This document shows, one piece after another, positions 10,489-21,079 of a stretch of 64,000 nt of DNA. Position 1 is the stretch's first letter; each line of letters opens with the position of its first letter. A program made the position numbers and the translations under genes. Under the pieces are notes generated by a model. It worked only from the letters and a program-made list of their open reading frames with translations, had not been told where the DNA came from and did no database searches. Source of the DNA: Nitrospirota bacterium (GTDB taxonomy: Bacteria; Nitrospirota; UBA9217). The stretch covers positions 96,001 to 160,000 of the forward strand of contig CAVVOB010000028.1 in NCBI GenBank assembly GCA_963749655.1, read 5' to 3'.

Positions 10489-11562
10489 ATGGATAACAAT
10501 GAATACAGGCGGGGAAAACTGAAGACCTTCCGCCTTACGACCGGCTTCATACTGGTATTGCTGATCGGCTTTATTGATTACGTGACCGGTTATGATCTGC
10601 GGCTGGAAATATTGTATTTGATGCCCATTGCTTTCGTTGTCTGGTTTGCCGGAAGGAGAGCGGGGGTGCTCATTTCCGCGGTTTCCATCGTCGTCATTAT
10701 GCTGTCCGACCTCCTGTCGGGCAAGATCTTCCAGAACCATCTTATCGAATCCTGGAACATGGCGATGCTGTTTTTATTTTTCATCATTGTGACTCTTTTG
10801 CTTTCGAAATTGCGGGTCACCCTGCTGGAGCGCACGGAGCTCACGCGTGAGCTTGAAAATGCGCTGCATGACGTCGAAATGACCAATAAGGAGCTGAAAT
10901 CTTTCGCCCATGCGGTTTCCCACGACCTGAAATCGCCCCTTGCGATCATTGGCGGCTTCATCGATATGATCGACAGAAAATATGCCGACCGGCTGGATGA
11001 GAGCATGGGCAGGTATCTGCGCCGTATCAGCGAGTCCGCTGCGCGCATGGAAGAGATCATCGACGCACTCTTGAAGTTGTCGCGCGTTACCACGGCCGAG
11101 ATGACGCACAGCGCTGTCGATCTCAGTTCGCTTGTGCAGGGCGCTGCCGACGATCTTATCCAGTCAGATCCGGGACGGCGGGTGGAGTTCGACATAGCCA
11201 GGGGCGTCTCCGCCTCAGGAGATCCCGCAATGCTGCGTGTCATGGTCGACAATCTTCTCAGAAATGCATGGAAATTCACGTGCAAAAAAGAAAGGGCGAA
11301 AATCGAGTTCGGGGTCGCTGTGTTCGACAATGAACCCGTCTATTTTATCAGGGACAACGGAGCGGGGTTCGATATGAAGGCTGCTGACAAGCTTTTCATC
11401 CCCTTCCAGCGACTCCACGCGCATGAGGATTTTCCCGGCGTCGGGATCGGCCTCACTACCGTACAGCGCATTGTGCAGCGCCACGGCGGCAGCATCTGGG
11501 CTGAAGGCGATCCGGCAAAAGGGGCCACCTTTTTCTTTACTCTTGCCTCGGCCCGGCCGTAG
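10489..11562 (+). CDS. Membrane sensor histidine kinase
   Basis: About four N-terminal TM helices; H-box VSHDLKSPL; NLLRNAWKF, DNGAGF and GVGIGL. Confidence 0.93.
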   Translation: MDNNEYRRGKLKTFRLTTGFILVLLIGFIDYVTGYDLRLEILYLMPIAFVVWFAGRRAGVLISAVSIVVIMLSDLLSGKIFQNHLIESWNMAMLFLFFIIVTLLLSKLRVTLLERTELTRELENALHDVEMTNKELKSFAHAVSHDLKSPLAIIGGFIDMIDRKYADRLDESMGRYLRRISESAARMEEIIDALLKLSRVTTAEMTHSAVDLSSLVQGAADDLIQSDPGRRVEFDIARGVSASGDPAMLRVMVDNLLRNAWKFTCKKERAKIEFGVAVFDNEPVYFIRDNGAGFDMKAADKLFIPFQRLHAHEDFPGVGIGLTTVQRIVQRHGGSIWAEGDPAKGATFFFTLASARP

Positions 11563-11631
11563 TCGACGGGGCCTGCTGAAGTCAATTTTGCAAGGTTCTC
11601 TACGGATCCTTTATTACATTGCGCGCACCGC

Positions 11632-14119
11632 TTATGCCGCAAGGGGTTCGAACGGAAGCGAGCCTGCAGCCATGAGCTTTTCAAAAGCATCCACGGGAAG
11701 CGGTTTGCTGAAAAGATACCCTTGTATCTCCTCACAACCGGCTTCGCGGAGAAATCCCAGCTGGTCCTTTGTTTCAACTCCCTCAGCCACGGTCCTTATG
11801 TTCATGCTCCGCGCCATGGAAGCGACCGCGCTGATCATTGCCCGGTCATCTGCATCGGTGGCGATATTCTGAACGAGCGACTTACCGATCTGGAGTTTGT
11901 CAACAGAAAGCTTTTTGAGGTTCATCAGCAGCGAGTGACCGGTCCCGAAGTCGTCGATGGAGAGATGCACGCCCAATTCCGTCAGTTCGTGCGCACAGGC
12001 AAGGGAGCGTTCCATGTTGCTCCTCGCCGTGATTTCGGTGATCTCGATGGCCAGCGACTGGGGAGACACGCCGGTTTCCGCGAGGATGTCCCTGATGGTG
12101 CCGACAAACCCGGGACCGTGAAATCCCTTTGAGGAGATATTCACCGTGATGCGGATCGGGGGCAGCCCGGCTTCATTCCACGCCTTGAGCTGCCTGCACA
12201 CTTTTCTCAGGACCCATCCGTCTATTTCGGCAATGAACCCCGTGTCACGGGCGGCCTGAATAAAATCCTTCGGTTCGAGGAAACCAAGCTCGGGATGGCG
12301 CCAGCGCACCAGCGCCTCGGCGCTTTCCATGTGCCTCGTATCAAGTCTCACCTGGGGTTGGTAGTAGAGGACCAATTCCTCCCGCACGAGGGATTGCCGC
12401 AGCGTGTCTTCGATCCTCCTGCGCTCGAGGGAACGAGCGTTGTCCGCAGCGGCATAGAACGCGTATGTGTTTCTTCCCCTTTCCTTGGCCTGGTACATGG
12501 CCTTGTCCGCAAATCGCAGCAAGTTGTCGATCTCCTCGCCGTCATCGGGATAAATGCTGATCCCGATGCTGGAGGTGATTGTTACCTCATGCCCGGATAT
12601 CAGGAAGGGCGTTCGGAAGCAGTCCGCAATTTTGCCCACGACTTCGGAGATGTCCTCGACCTGCGAGAAGTCCGCGAGCAGGACGTTGAATTCATCCCCT
12701 CCGATACGTGCAGCCGTGTCCGACTCCCGTATCGTGGACCTCGAGTTTTTCGGCCGCCCCCTTAAGCAGTTCGTCCCCCGCCTCGTGGCCGAGCGTGTCG
12801 TTTATTTCCTTGAAATGGTCGAGGTCGAGATACAAGACGGCAAGCTTCCTTTTATACCGCTTTGCCTGCGCCGCTTCGACCGCGATAATTTCCTGAAACA
12901 GGCGCCTGTTCGGCAGCCCGGTGAGCACGTCATGCTGGGCCATATGTTTGATTTCGTCTTCCATCTGCTTATGCTTCGTGATGTCCCGTACAATGCCGAG
13001 CATGCGTTTTGGTCCGCCCTGTTCATCGATAAGGGAGCGTCCCCTCGCCCAGATCCACCGGAGAGCGTTGTCTGCGCACCGGATCCGGAACTCGATGTTC
13101 CACTCCCGGGATCCCGTGAGGGCCTTCTGGAAATCTTGATTGACCGCTTCCCGGTCCTCGGGCAACACGTGTTCGAGAAAGGTCTCATAGTTCCAAGCCG
13201 GCGGCGCTTCCGAGTACCCGAATATCTGATCGTACCGGTGCGACCGCCACATGGAAAGATCGGACAGATTCAGGTCCCAGACCCCTAGTTCCGCAGCCTC
13301 CATCGTAAACTTGAAACGCCGTTCGCTGAAGCGAAGGGCCTGTTCTGCATTCTTGTGCTCCGTAATGTCCTGGATAACGCCGACGCCCAGAACCGGCGCG
13401 CCGTGGGCGTCACGGATGACAGCCCCCGACACGGACACCCATACAACCTGCCCGTCCTTTCGTATATATCGCTTCTCTTCCGTGTAGGGAGACGTCTTCC
13501 CGCTGATCAGCTGTTTGAAGTGTTCCTCCTCCGCTTCCCGGTCGTCGGGATGGGTAATATCCCTGATCGTCATGGTCAGCAGTTCCTCCCGGCTGTAACC
13601 GGTGATCCTGCAAAAGCGGTCGTTAACCTGCAGAAAACCATTAGTCGCAGGGTTCACCTGGGCCGCTCCCACGTTTGCCATTTCAAAGAACGCCCGAAAG
13701 CGGGCTTCGCTGTTCTGCAGCTCCTCCATGGCGTGCTTTCGTTCGATGGCGTAACGGATCGCGCGTTTCAGCAAGCTTTTGTCGATCTGCCCTTTGACGA
13801 GATAATCCTGGACATCCATCTGCAGCGCTTTCAAGGCAAGTTCTTCGCTGTCGAGGCCTGTCAGCACGATGATGGGAATTCGTCCCGCATGTCTGCGCAG
13901 CATCAGCGCGCCATCTATCCCGCTGCTGTCCGGAAGACCGAGATCGAGCAGCACGATATCGAAGTGCTGCTTCCTGAGACAGGCAAGCCCCTCGAAAAGC
14001 AGCTGGGCGTGCACGAGCTTGAAAACAGGCTGTCGGCTTTGCGACAGAAACCTTTGCAGAAGGAGGGCGTCGTCCCGGTTGTCCTCGATCAGAAGAACTT
14101 GAATGCTTTCTGCGCTCAT
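11632..14119 (-). CDS. REC-PAS-PAS-GGDEF-EAL protein (frameshift near 12740)
   Basis: Receiver LLDLGLPD; PAS/PAC repeats; HDVLTGLPNR; RIGGDEF in the second frame; AEALVRW and DDFGTG. Confidence 0.9.
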
Positions 14120-14148
14120 AATCGACCCCCGCCCTCAGAATGGTGAAC

Positions 14149-14195
14149 AAAAAAGCCGAACACGCACAAAGTATTGCATCCTTTGGCAGTTCGGC
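14149..14195 (-). terminator. Riboswitch-controlled intrinsic terminator
   Basis: GCCGAAC...GTTCGGC followed by TTTTTT; the 5' arm overlaps the aptamer 3' end. Confidence 0.7.
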
Positions 14196-14266
14196 TGTCT
14201 TTTGAAAAGACCCGTAACTTTCCGCGCCTTTCTCAGAACATGAAAGGTCAGGCTTTATCGGGATAG
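14182..14266 (-). ncRNA. Cyclic-dinucleotide (c-di-GMP-I/GEMM-I) riboswitch aptamer
   Basis: CGATAAAGCC..CCTTTC..GAAAGG.GCGGAAAG TTACGGGTCTTTTCAAAAGACAGCCGAACTGCC fits the GEMM-I layout; upstream of the GGDEF-EAL gene. Confidence 0.75.
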
Positions 14267-14299
14267 AGTAGATTATTCATGTTGATATACTAATAATTT

Positions 14300-14328
14300 A
14301 CCTTATCACTGCCGCCCGGCACTGTCAA
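14300..14328 (-). promoter_or_regulatory. Sigma70 promoter of the riboswitch leader
   Basis: TTGACA-N17-TAAGGT with extended TG. Confidence 0.6.
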
Positions 14329-14480
14329 GGAAGGCGCAGTTCGTCATGGAGCGCCGCTGCCGATCGATGGATTCTTATTTTCATATGGTATGACCGGCCG
14401 TCGGCAAAGAAATGCTGCAATATCAAAAACAGCGCTGTCGCTGGAGCCGATCATGCAGCCAATACAAAGGAGAACCTGCC

Positions 14481-16199
14481 ATGACAACAACCAAGTCCAC
14501 AGCTGAATTGGTCTTTGCGCCCAACGAAACGGTTTTCCCCTCGCCGGTTGACTGGAGGGATCAGTTCATCTATTTCCTTCTTGTCGACCGCTTTGACAAT
14601 AATGAAACCGGCATCCCTGCGTACGATCCCGCGACGGCCCCTAAAGGCCGCGATGCCGAAGAGGGGGGACTTTTCCAGGGAGGATGCCTGAAGGGAGCAA
14701 TGCGAAGGCTCGACTATATCAAGAACCTCGGCTGCACAACCCTCTGGCTCAGTCCCATTTTCAGAAACCGGATGGAAAAGAACGACACCTACCACGGCTA
14801 CGGCATTCAAAATTTTCTCGAAGTGGACGAACGCTTCGGAACGGAGCAGGACCTCCGGGACCTCGTGAAACAGGCCCATAAACGCGGCATGTACGTGATC
14901 CTGGACATCATCATCAATCACTCAGGCGACAACTGGGCCTATCCCGGCGATCAGCCCTATTATTTTTGGAAAGAGGCAAGTGGTCCCTTCGACTTCGGCT
15001 GGTGGCGCGAAGTGGACCCTGCGCAGGGCCACCAGGAACATGACGCAGTCTGGCCCAGGGAGCTCCAGAAGCCGGACTGCTACAAGAGGCGGGGACAGAT
15101 CAGGAACTGGAGCGATCCGGACGAGGCGATGAACGGAGACTTCCTGAGCCTCAAGGAACTGGACGTCAGGAGGTCCGACGTGCTCGGGGCGCTCATCAGC
15201 TCGTACAAATACTGGATCGCGTCGGCCGACATCGACGGGTTCCGGGTCGACACGGTGAAGCACATGGAAGACAGCGCCACGGCCCTGTTCTGCAACGCCG
15301 TTCGGGAATACGCCCAGAGCATCGGCAAGAAGAATTTTTTCATTTTCGGCGAGATCGTGGGAGACGACCTGACGCTGCAGCGCTACATCGGCAGGAACAG
15401 CAGGATCGAGGGCACGAACGAGCGCTTTCCGTCGCTTAACGCGGCCCTGGATTTTCCCCTCTACTTCATTCTCGAGGAGACGATAAAAGGGTTCATGAGT
15501 CCCGATGAATTGCGGGACCGCTACGAACGGTTCAAGACCCTCTATGCCGACCACGGGGAAGCGGGCAGGTACTTCGTCACCTTCGTGGACAACCACGATC
15601 AGATGTCCAGGCCTTACCGGAGATTCATGAACAAAAATCCGAATGGGAAGCAGGCAGTGCTCGCCCTGGGGTATCTCCTGACGAGCCAGGGGGTGCCCTG
15701 TATCTATTATGGCACGGAGCAGGGGTTCGACGGGGGCGGAGACAACGACAAGTACGTGCGGGAATGCATGTTCGGCGGAAAGTGGGGCGCCTTCGATACC
15801 ACGGGAGTTCACTTCTTCAATGACGGGCATCCGATCTACAAGGGGATCTCCGCCATTGCAGCAGTGCGCGCGCAGGAGCCTGCGCTCCGATACGGCCGGC
15901 AATACTTCCGCGAGATCTCGGGCAACGGCTCGTCCTTCGGCCATCCCCTGGACGGGCAATGCACGCTCGCGTTCTCGAGGATCCTCGATGCCTCTGAGAT
16001 ACTCGTCGCATTGAATCTTGACGGAAATCCGAGGAGCGACTACATCACCATTGATGCGGGCCTGACACCGGCGGGAAGATCAATGGTGAACCTGCTCAAA
16101 CCGGCGCCTGCTTGCCCGGTCATGACCGCAGGCGAACGCCGCTGCGTGCAGGTCCCTTTGGAACCTCATGAGATGGCGATCTTGAAGATTGTGAAATGA
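14481..16199 (+). CDS. GH13 alpha-amylase family glycoside hydrolase
   Basis: YHGYG, DIIINH, DGFRVDTVKH, FGEI and FVDNHD catalytic regions; AGGAG RBS before 14481. Confidence 0.92.
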   Translation: MTTTKSTAELVFAPNETVFPSPVDWRDQFIYFLLVDRFDNNETGIPAYDPATAPKGRDAEEGGLFQGGCLKGAMRRLDYIKNLGCTTLWLSPIFRNRMEKNDTYHGYGIQNFLEVDERFGTEQDLRDLVKQAHKRGMYVILDIIINHSGDNWAYPGDQPYYFWKEASGPFDFGWWREVDPAQGHQEHDAVWPRELQKPDCYKRRGQIRNWSDPDEAMNGDFLSLKELDVRRSDVLGALISSYKYWIASADIDGFRVDTVKHMEDSATALFCNAVREYAQSIGKKNFFIFGEIVGDDLTLQRYIGRNSRIEGTNERFPSLNAALDFPLYFILEETIKGFMSPDELRDRYERFKTLYADHGEAGRYFVTFVDNHDQMSRPYRRFMNKNPNGKQAVLALGYLLTSQGVPCIYYGTEQGFDGGGDNDKYVRECMFGGKWGAFDTTGVHFFNDGHPIYKGISAIAAVRAQEPALRYGRQYFREISGNGSSFGHPLDGQCTLAFSRILDASEILVALNLDGNPRSDYITIDAGLTPAGRSMVNLLKPAPACPVMTAGERRCVQVPLEPHEMAILKIVK

Positions 16200-16223
16200 G
16201 AGGTGAAGGACTTAAACGCTTCG

Positions 16224-16338
16224 TCCGCAGATTTCGCAGATGGACGCAGAATAAGGCAGAAAGCAAACCCCAAGGGCTTTTAGATTTCCATGAACTGTGT
16301 ACTTTGAATTTTCTGCGTAATCTGCGTCATCTGTGGAT
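16224..16338. repeat. Inverted array of degenerate 9-mer repeats
   Basis: CGCAGAT-type units facing ATCTGCG-type units between convergent genes. Confidence 0.7.
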
Positions 16339-16345
16339 AAAAGTT

Positions 16346-17176
16346 TTATTTAGTATCCTTGCCTGCAACCCTTGGAACGAGTGAGATCGCGCCGACTTCG
16401 CACGCCTTGCGGCAGAGGCCGCAGCCGAAGCATCTCTGCGGATCAATGTGAGCATGTGATTCGCCGCCGTGCTTGTGGCTGTCGATCGCCTTGAAGTGGC
16501 ACGCCTCGTCACAGAGCCCGCAACCGGTGCAGAGCGCCTCGTCGACCGTGCCCACATATTCCGCCCGCTCCATGGTCTCGATCGCGGTCCGCGATAGGGT
16601 CAGCATGGCAAGACAATCCTCGGGCCTGCAGTTGCAGATCGCGCCGATGAAGGGGGTCATCATGGTCCATATGGTATGAACCGAACCCTGCTCTTCCAGG
16701 GCCGTCATCTGCGCCATGGCTTCTTCGGGCCGAAGCGGCTCCAGCCCCTCGTCCGAGGCCTTGCCGAAGTACGACAGGTCGATGTCCCGGTACCAGGCCT
16801 CGGGCCCGTAACTTACGGCGTAGCAGCAGCGCTCCTCTTTTTTCCCGATGTTCCACCGGCAGGCGCAGGGCATGCGGACCACGGTCCTGGCCATGCCCAC
16901 AACGTGGCCGATCTCCTCGATCGGCAGGACCTGGCCGAAGTGCTCGGCCTTGGCCTTGGCCACCATGGCCGCGGCAACGGCCCTCGGCAGTTTTCCCTTC
17001 TTCCGGTAGATGGTCTCGAGCCTGCCGAGTGTTTCGAACCCTTCTTTGAAGGCAGAGGTCAGAAAGTTCTCGATATAGCGCCGCCGCTTGAGGTCGGAGA
17101 GAAGGTCCTGACCGTAGTTCGCGGCGTTCTTGTACCAGACCTTTCCCTCGCCGTGTTTTGTACAGAACTCACACAT
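16346..17176 (-). CDS. 4Fe-4S dicluster-containing protein
   Basis: MCEFCTKHG N-terminus, CACR and ICNC motifs, two CxxCxxCxxxC motifs. Confidence 0.88.
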   Translation of the reverse strand: MCEFCTKHGEGKVWYKNAANYGQDLLSDLKRRRYIENFLTSAFKEGFETLGRLETIYRKKGKLPRAVAAAMVAKAKAEHFGQVLPIEEIGHVVGMARTVVRMPCACRWNIGKKEERCCYAVSYGPEAWYRDIDLSYFGKASDEGLEPLRPEEAMAQMTALEEQGSVHTIWTMMTPFIGAICNCRPEDCLAMLTLSRTAIETMERAEYVGTVDEALCTGCGLCDEACHFKAIDSHKHGGESHAHIDPQRCFGCGLCRKACEVGAISLVPRVAGKDTK

Positions 17177-17401
17177 GGTCCATTGTAACCGCGGCAGACG
17201 TCGATGTACAGGTTATTTGTGAGGGATGATGCGCTTTACTCGATCCGTGCTCCCGGCATGCTCTGCGGACGCAACAGGATAATTCGGCAGCAACACCGTG
17301 AAAACACCGTAAAATGAAATATACAAGCCTGCATCGTGTTGCCCGGATTGTTCACAAGACCGCATTCGGCGAAGGCTGCTCTGATGCCGAGCGCCGGGCC
17401 A

Positions 17402-19375
17402 TCATTGATTGCAGGCGCCTTTCCGCGACGGCGCCCGTTTCCCCTTCGAGGTCCGGGCCGTCATTTGTTTCGCAGCCAGTATTTCCAGATTATTCCCGGC
17501 CATCGTGTCGTCGGGATTGAGTTTCTTCACGATCTGAAATTCACGAATCGCGTCGTCCACATTCTCCTGCTGCGAATAAGCGACCCCAAGAAAATAATGG
17601 ATTTTCGCATCAGCGGGGGTTTGCCTTATCGCCGTTTGATATTCACGAATGGCCTCGTCGAGACAGCCCAGTTCCGAATACCCGTTGGCAAGATTGTACC
17701 GAAGATCGACGTCATCGGGCTTGAAGTTCAAAGCGGTCTTGTATAAACGAACCGCTTCATGAATACGGCCCTGGCGCATGTATGCCACACCGAGATTATT
17801 ATAGATATCCGTCAGAAGAGAATAGGCCTCTTTCTTCGTCAGCGCCTTTTCATAGGCGCCGATGGCCTCCTCCGTCCGGCCTTTGTCGTCATAGGCAAGC
17901 CCGAGATGGTACCAGGTCCGGGCTTTCCCGGGGCTTTTCCTGACCATATCCTCGCATAAACTCAAGCTTTGCCTCCACACGGCGTTTCTCGAATATGCGG
18001 CAACGGAAAGGACGGAAACCGCCAGAACCATCAGATACAGGGGTATCTTCTTAAAAGCCGTCCCGGTCCTCCACCGTGCGCCGGCTAGGTCCACGGCTGC
18101 AACGAACGCTATACTGAGCCCGGCGGAGGGGAGATAAAGCCGGTGTTCAAAGATCACATCAGCGATTGGGATGATGCCGGACTCCGCCGCAATAGTCAGG
18201 AAGAACCAGAATATCCCGAACGACATCAGCCGGAGCCAGGGGCGGGCCTCCAGGTTCGTGCCGCGGGAAAGCCGGTAAAGAGCGGTCCCCAGGCCGAGCA
18301 GCGACAACAGAAACAGAAACGAAAAAAGAACCTCGGGGACGAAGAAGGAGGTGTAGACCGGGTAATCGTAATCAAGGTTCTGGTTTACCGGGAACACCAG
18401 CAGCCTGAGATAGGTCACGATCACCCGAAACTGGGTAAACAGATAGCTTTCCCGGGAGATGCTGTCAGAAGCCCCGGAAACCTTCGCCGCCGTCTCGTAG
18501 GTGTCGCCGATGGTCCCTCCGGCGTCTACCAGGGACAACGGAATAATGAGCGAGGCAAGAACGTAAGGGAGCAGGTACAGGAACCGCTTCCTTCCCGTCC
18601 CTGTTGGGAACATGATTTCGTACAGAACCATCATGGCGGGCAGCGTAAAGGCGAACTCCTTCGTCTTCATCGCCAGGATCGCTGACAGGAGGGAGCCGGC
18701 ATAAAGCGACCATGCCCTGGCCTTGACCTTGAACCCAGGGGGCCAGGCTCCGGGACCCGATGCCTGAATGGAAATCCTGAATTGCAGGTACAGCACCAGC
18801 GCCAGCAGATACAACAGTGCGGCAAGGGAGGCGAACCTCTGAACAATATAGGTGACCGCCTGCGTCTGTACCGGGTGCGTCGCGAACAGGAGCGCGGCAA
18901 ACAGTGCAATGAAGCCCCTTGAACCTTCCGGGAGAGTCCCCCCATGCGCCGCAAAGAACGGGGTCCTGAATGTCAGGAGTACGAGCCGGTAGAGGAGCAG
19001 GGAAACGATCACATGAATCAGAATGTTGGTAAGATGGTAGCCCCGGACATCGAAGCCGTGCACCCGGTTGTTCATCGCAAAGGTCCAATAGCCGACCGAG
19101 CGCGTTCTCAATAAGGGCTTGATATGCTCGGTTGTCTGTTCGCTCGTTTCACGGCCCGTTCCCGGGGATAAGCTTACATCCTTGATTGCCGGGTTATAGA
19201 CGATATTATCCAGGTCGTCGAACTCAAAAGGCGCATTGATCGTGTTGGAATAGACCAGAGAAACGGCAAGGAGAATAAACAGCGCGTGAACAAAAGGCCT
19301 GTTGAGTATGTGCACCGAGGGGCCTCCGAGATCAGCGGCGAAACAGCGAGGATGCGTTCCTGGAACGAGGGACAA
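17402..19375 (-). CDS. TMTC-like GT-C membrane glycosyltransferase with C-terminal TPRs (start possibly GTG near 19313)
   Basis: FDD loop motif, HPVQTQAVTYIVQR, KTKE and FEHRLYLP; many TM helices; TPRs. Confidence 0.85.
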   Translation of the reverse strand: MSLVPGTHPRCFAADLGGPSVHILNRPFVHALFILLAVSLVYSNTINAPFEFDDLDNIVYNPAIKDVSLSPGTGRETSEQTTEHIKPLLRTRSVGYWTFAMNNRVHGFDVRGYHLTNILIHVIVSLLLYRLVLLTFRTPFFAAHGGTLPEGSRGFIALFAALLFATHPVQTQAVTYIVQRFASLAALLYLLALVLYLQFRISIQASGPGAWPPGFKVKARAWSLYAGSLLSAILAMKTKEFAFTLPAMMVLYEIMFPTGTGRKRFLYLLPYVLASLIIPLSLVDAGGTIGDTYETAAKVSGASDSISRESYLFTQFRVIVTYLRLLVFPVNQNLDYDYPVYTSFFVPEVLFSFLFLLSLLGLGTALYRLSRGTNLEARPWLRLMSFGIFWFFLTIAAESGIIPIADVIFEHRLYLPSAGLSIAFVAAVDLAGARWRTGTAFKKIPLYLMVLAVSVLSVAAYSRNAVWRQSLSLCEDMVRKSPGKARTWYHLGLAYDDKGRTEEAIGAYEKALTKKEAYSLLTDIYNNLGVAYMRQGRIHEAVRLYKTALNFKPDDVDLRYNLANGYSELGCLDEAIREYQTAIRQTPADAKIHYFLGVAYSQQENVDDAIREFQIVKKLNPDDTMAGNNLEILAAKQMTARTSKGKRAPSRKGACNQ

Positions 19376-19558
19376 CGGTCAATGGTCGATCCTACCTCAG
19401 CGTGAGCCCGCATGTCAACGGAGAAAGCGGTATCCTCGGTTTTTATAATATGTTTGACACGACCCAGGCGGCAAGCTATAATTCGGCGTCATCCATCGCG
19501 AGCATGTTCAGCAAGGCCGATTCCAGGCTCCTTCCCAAAGAGCAGCGGAGAGCAGTTT

Positions 19559-21052
19559 GTGGCGCCGAAAAACAAAGTCTTCATACTTTATCCTCCCATT
19601 TCGAAGATGGAGCGATATTCTTCCAAGCTGGGGAGTGTCGGCGGCGAGCAGCTGCCGCTCGGCATCTTTTATCTCGCGTCCTATATTCGACAGAACGGCT
19701 ATGAAGTAATGGTTTGTGACGCGGAGGCTGAAAAGCTGACCGCCGATGATATCCTCGGACATATACAACAGTTCGCGCCCCGCGTCGTCGGAATAAGTTC
19801 CACCACCGTGGCATTTCACCGGGCCCTTGAGCTTGCTGAAGCCGTAAAGGGCTCTTTCCCGGACATAAAAATCGTCCTTGGCGGTCCCCACATCACCTCG
19901 AACAGCGACCATGCTCTGTCGTTTCCCGCTTTCGACTACGGGGTGCTGGGCGAAGGTGAATTGACCTTTCTCGAACTGCTGAACGCCCTCGCCGCGAACC
20001 GCCCGGTTGAGCACATTCAAGGCCTCGCGTTCCGCAAGGACGGGAAGGTGGTCGGGACCGGGCGGCGGGAGTTCATCGCCAACCTCGACATTCTCCCCAT
20101 GCCCGCCTTCGACCTGGTGAAGGACATGGGGAGATACGCGCCCCCGCCGTCGAATTACAGGACGCTGCCGGTGATGAACGTCATAACGTCCCGCGGCTGC
20201 CCGAACGAATGCACGTTCTGCGACAGGAATATCTTCGGCAGGAAATACCGGGAGCGGTCGGCGGAAAACGTTTTCACCGAGATCAAGCATCTGTATGACA
20301 CGTACGGAGTCCGGGAATTCGCCTTTGTCGACGACACGTTTCTGATCAACAAGGAGCGTATCCAAAAACTCTTCGAACTGGTCCGGCGCGGGGGCATCTC
20401 ATTCCCCTGGACCTGCATGGCGCGCATCAACAACGTAACCTACGAATTCCTGAAATACCTGAAGGAGAACGGGTGCTGGAGCATCGCCTTTGGGATCGAG
20501 TCCGGCGACGAGCAGGTATTAAAGGTCATCAAGAAGAACATCACCCTGGAGCGGGTCAGGATAGTTACCGACTGGTGTTACGAGCTGGGCATCGAGACCA
20601 AGGGATTCTTCATCATCGGTCACCCGACGGAGACGCTCGCAACGATCGACAAGACCATCGATTTTGCGCTCAGCCTCAAATTGAATGCCGTTGTCGTCAC
20701 GATCAACACCCCGATCCCCGGTTCACAGCAGTATGCCGAAGCGCATCTTTACGGAAAGCTCGACACTACTGACTGGGCGCGGTTCAATTACTGGCGTCCG
20801 GTATTCGTGCCCTCGGGATTGACCGAAGAACTTTTGCTGAAGAAGCAAGAAGATTTCTATCTCCGTTTCTATATGCGGCCCAGGATCATCGGCAATTATG
20901 TCCGCGGCTTTTTCGGAAAAGGCGGGCTGCGCAGATTCAGGTCGGTCATGAATATTTTCCTGAGCAGGGAATCGATGGCCAAGGTTTTCGGTCATTTCCT
21001 GGTTTTCAAGAAAGGCGTCCGCGGGCGGGAACCGCGGAAAACCGGCATCTGA
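19559..21052 (+). CDS. Cobalamin-dependent (class B) radical SAM enzyme
   Basis: B12-binding domain (PLGIFYLASY, LGGPH, GEGE); TSRGCPNECTFC; FGIESG; start likely GTG 19559. Confidence 0.9.
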   Translation: MAPKNKVFILYPPISKMERYSSKLGSVGGEQLPLGIFYLASYIRQNGYEVMVCDAEAEKLTADDILGHIQQFAPRVVGISSTTVAFHRALELAEAVKGSFPDIKIVLGGPHITSNSDHALSFPAFDYGVLGEGELTFLELLNALAANRPVEHIQGLAFRKDGKVVGTGRREFIANLDILPMPAFDLVKDMGRYAPPPSNYRTLPVMNVITSRGCPNECTFCDRNIFGRKYRERSAENVFTEIKHLYDTYGVREFAFVDDTFLINKERIQKLFELVRRGGISFPWTCMARINNVTYEFLKYLKENGCWSIAFGIESGDEQVLKVIKKNITLERVRIVTDWCYELGIETKGFFIIGHPTETLATIDKTIDFALSLKLNAVVVTINTPIPGSQQYAEAHLYGKLDTTDWARFNYWRPVFVPSGLTEELLLKKQEDFYLRFYMRPRIIGNYVRGFFGKGGLRRFRSVMNIFLSRESMAKVFGHFLVFKKGVRGREPRKTGI

Positions 21053-21079
21053 CCGATTCATAAACATCGCCCCCGCGCG

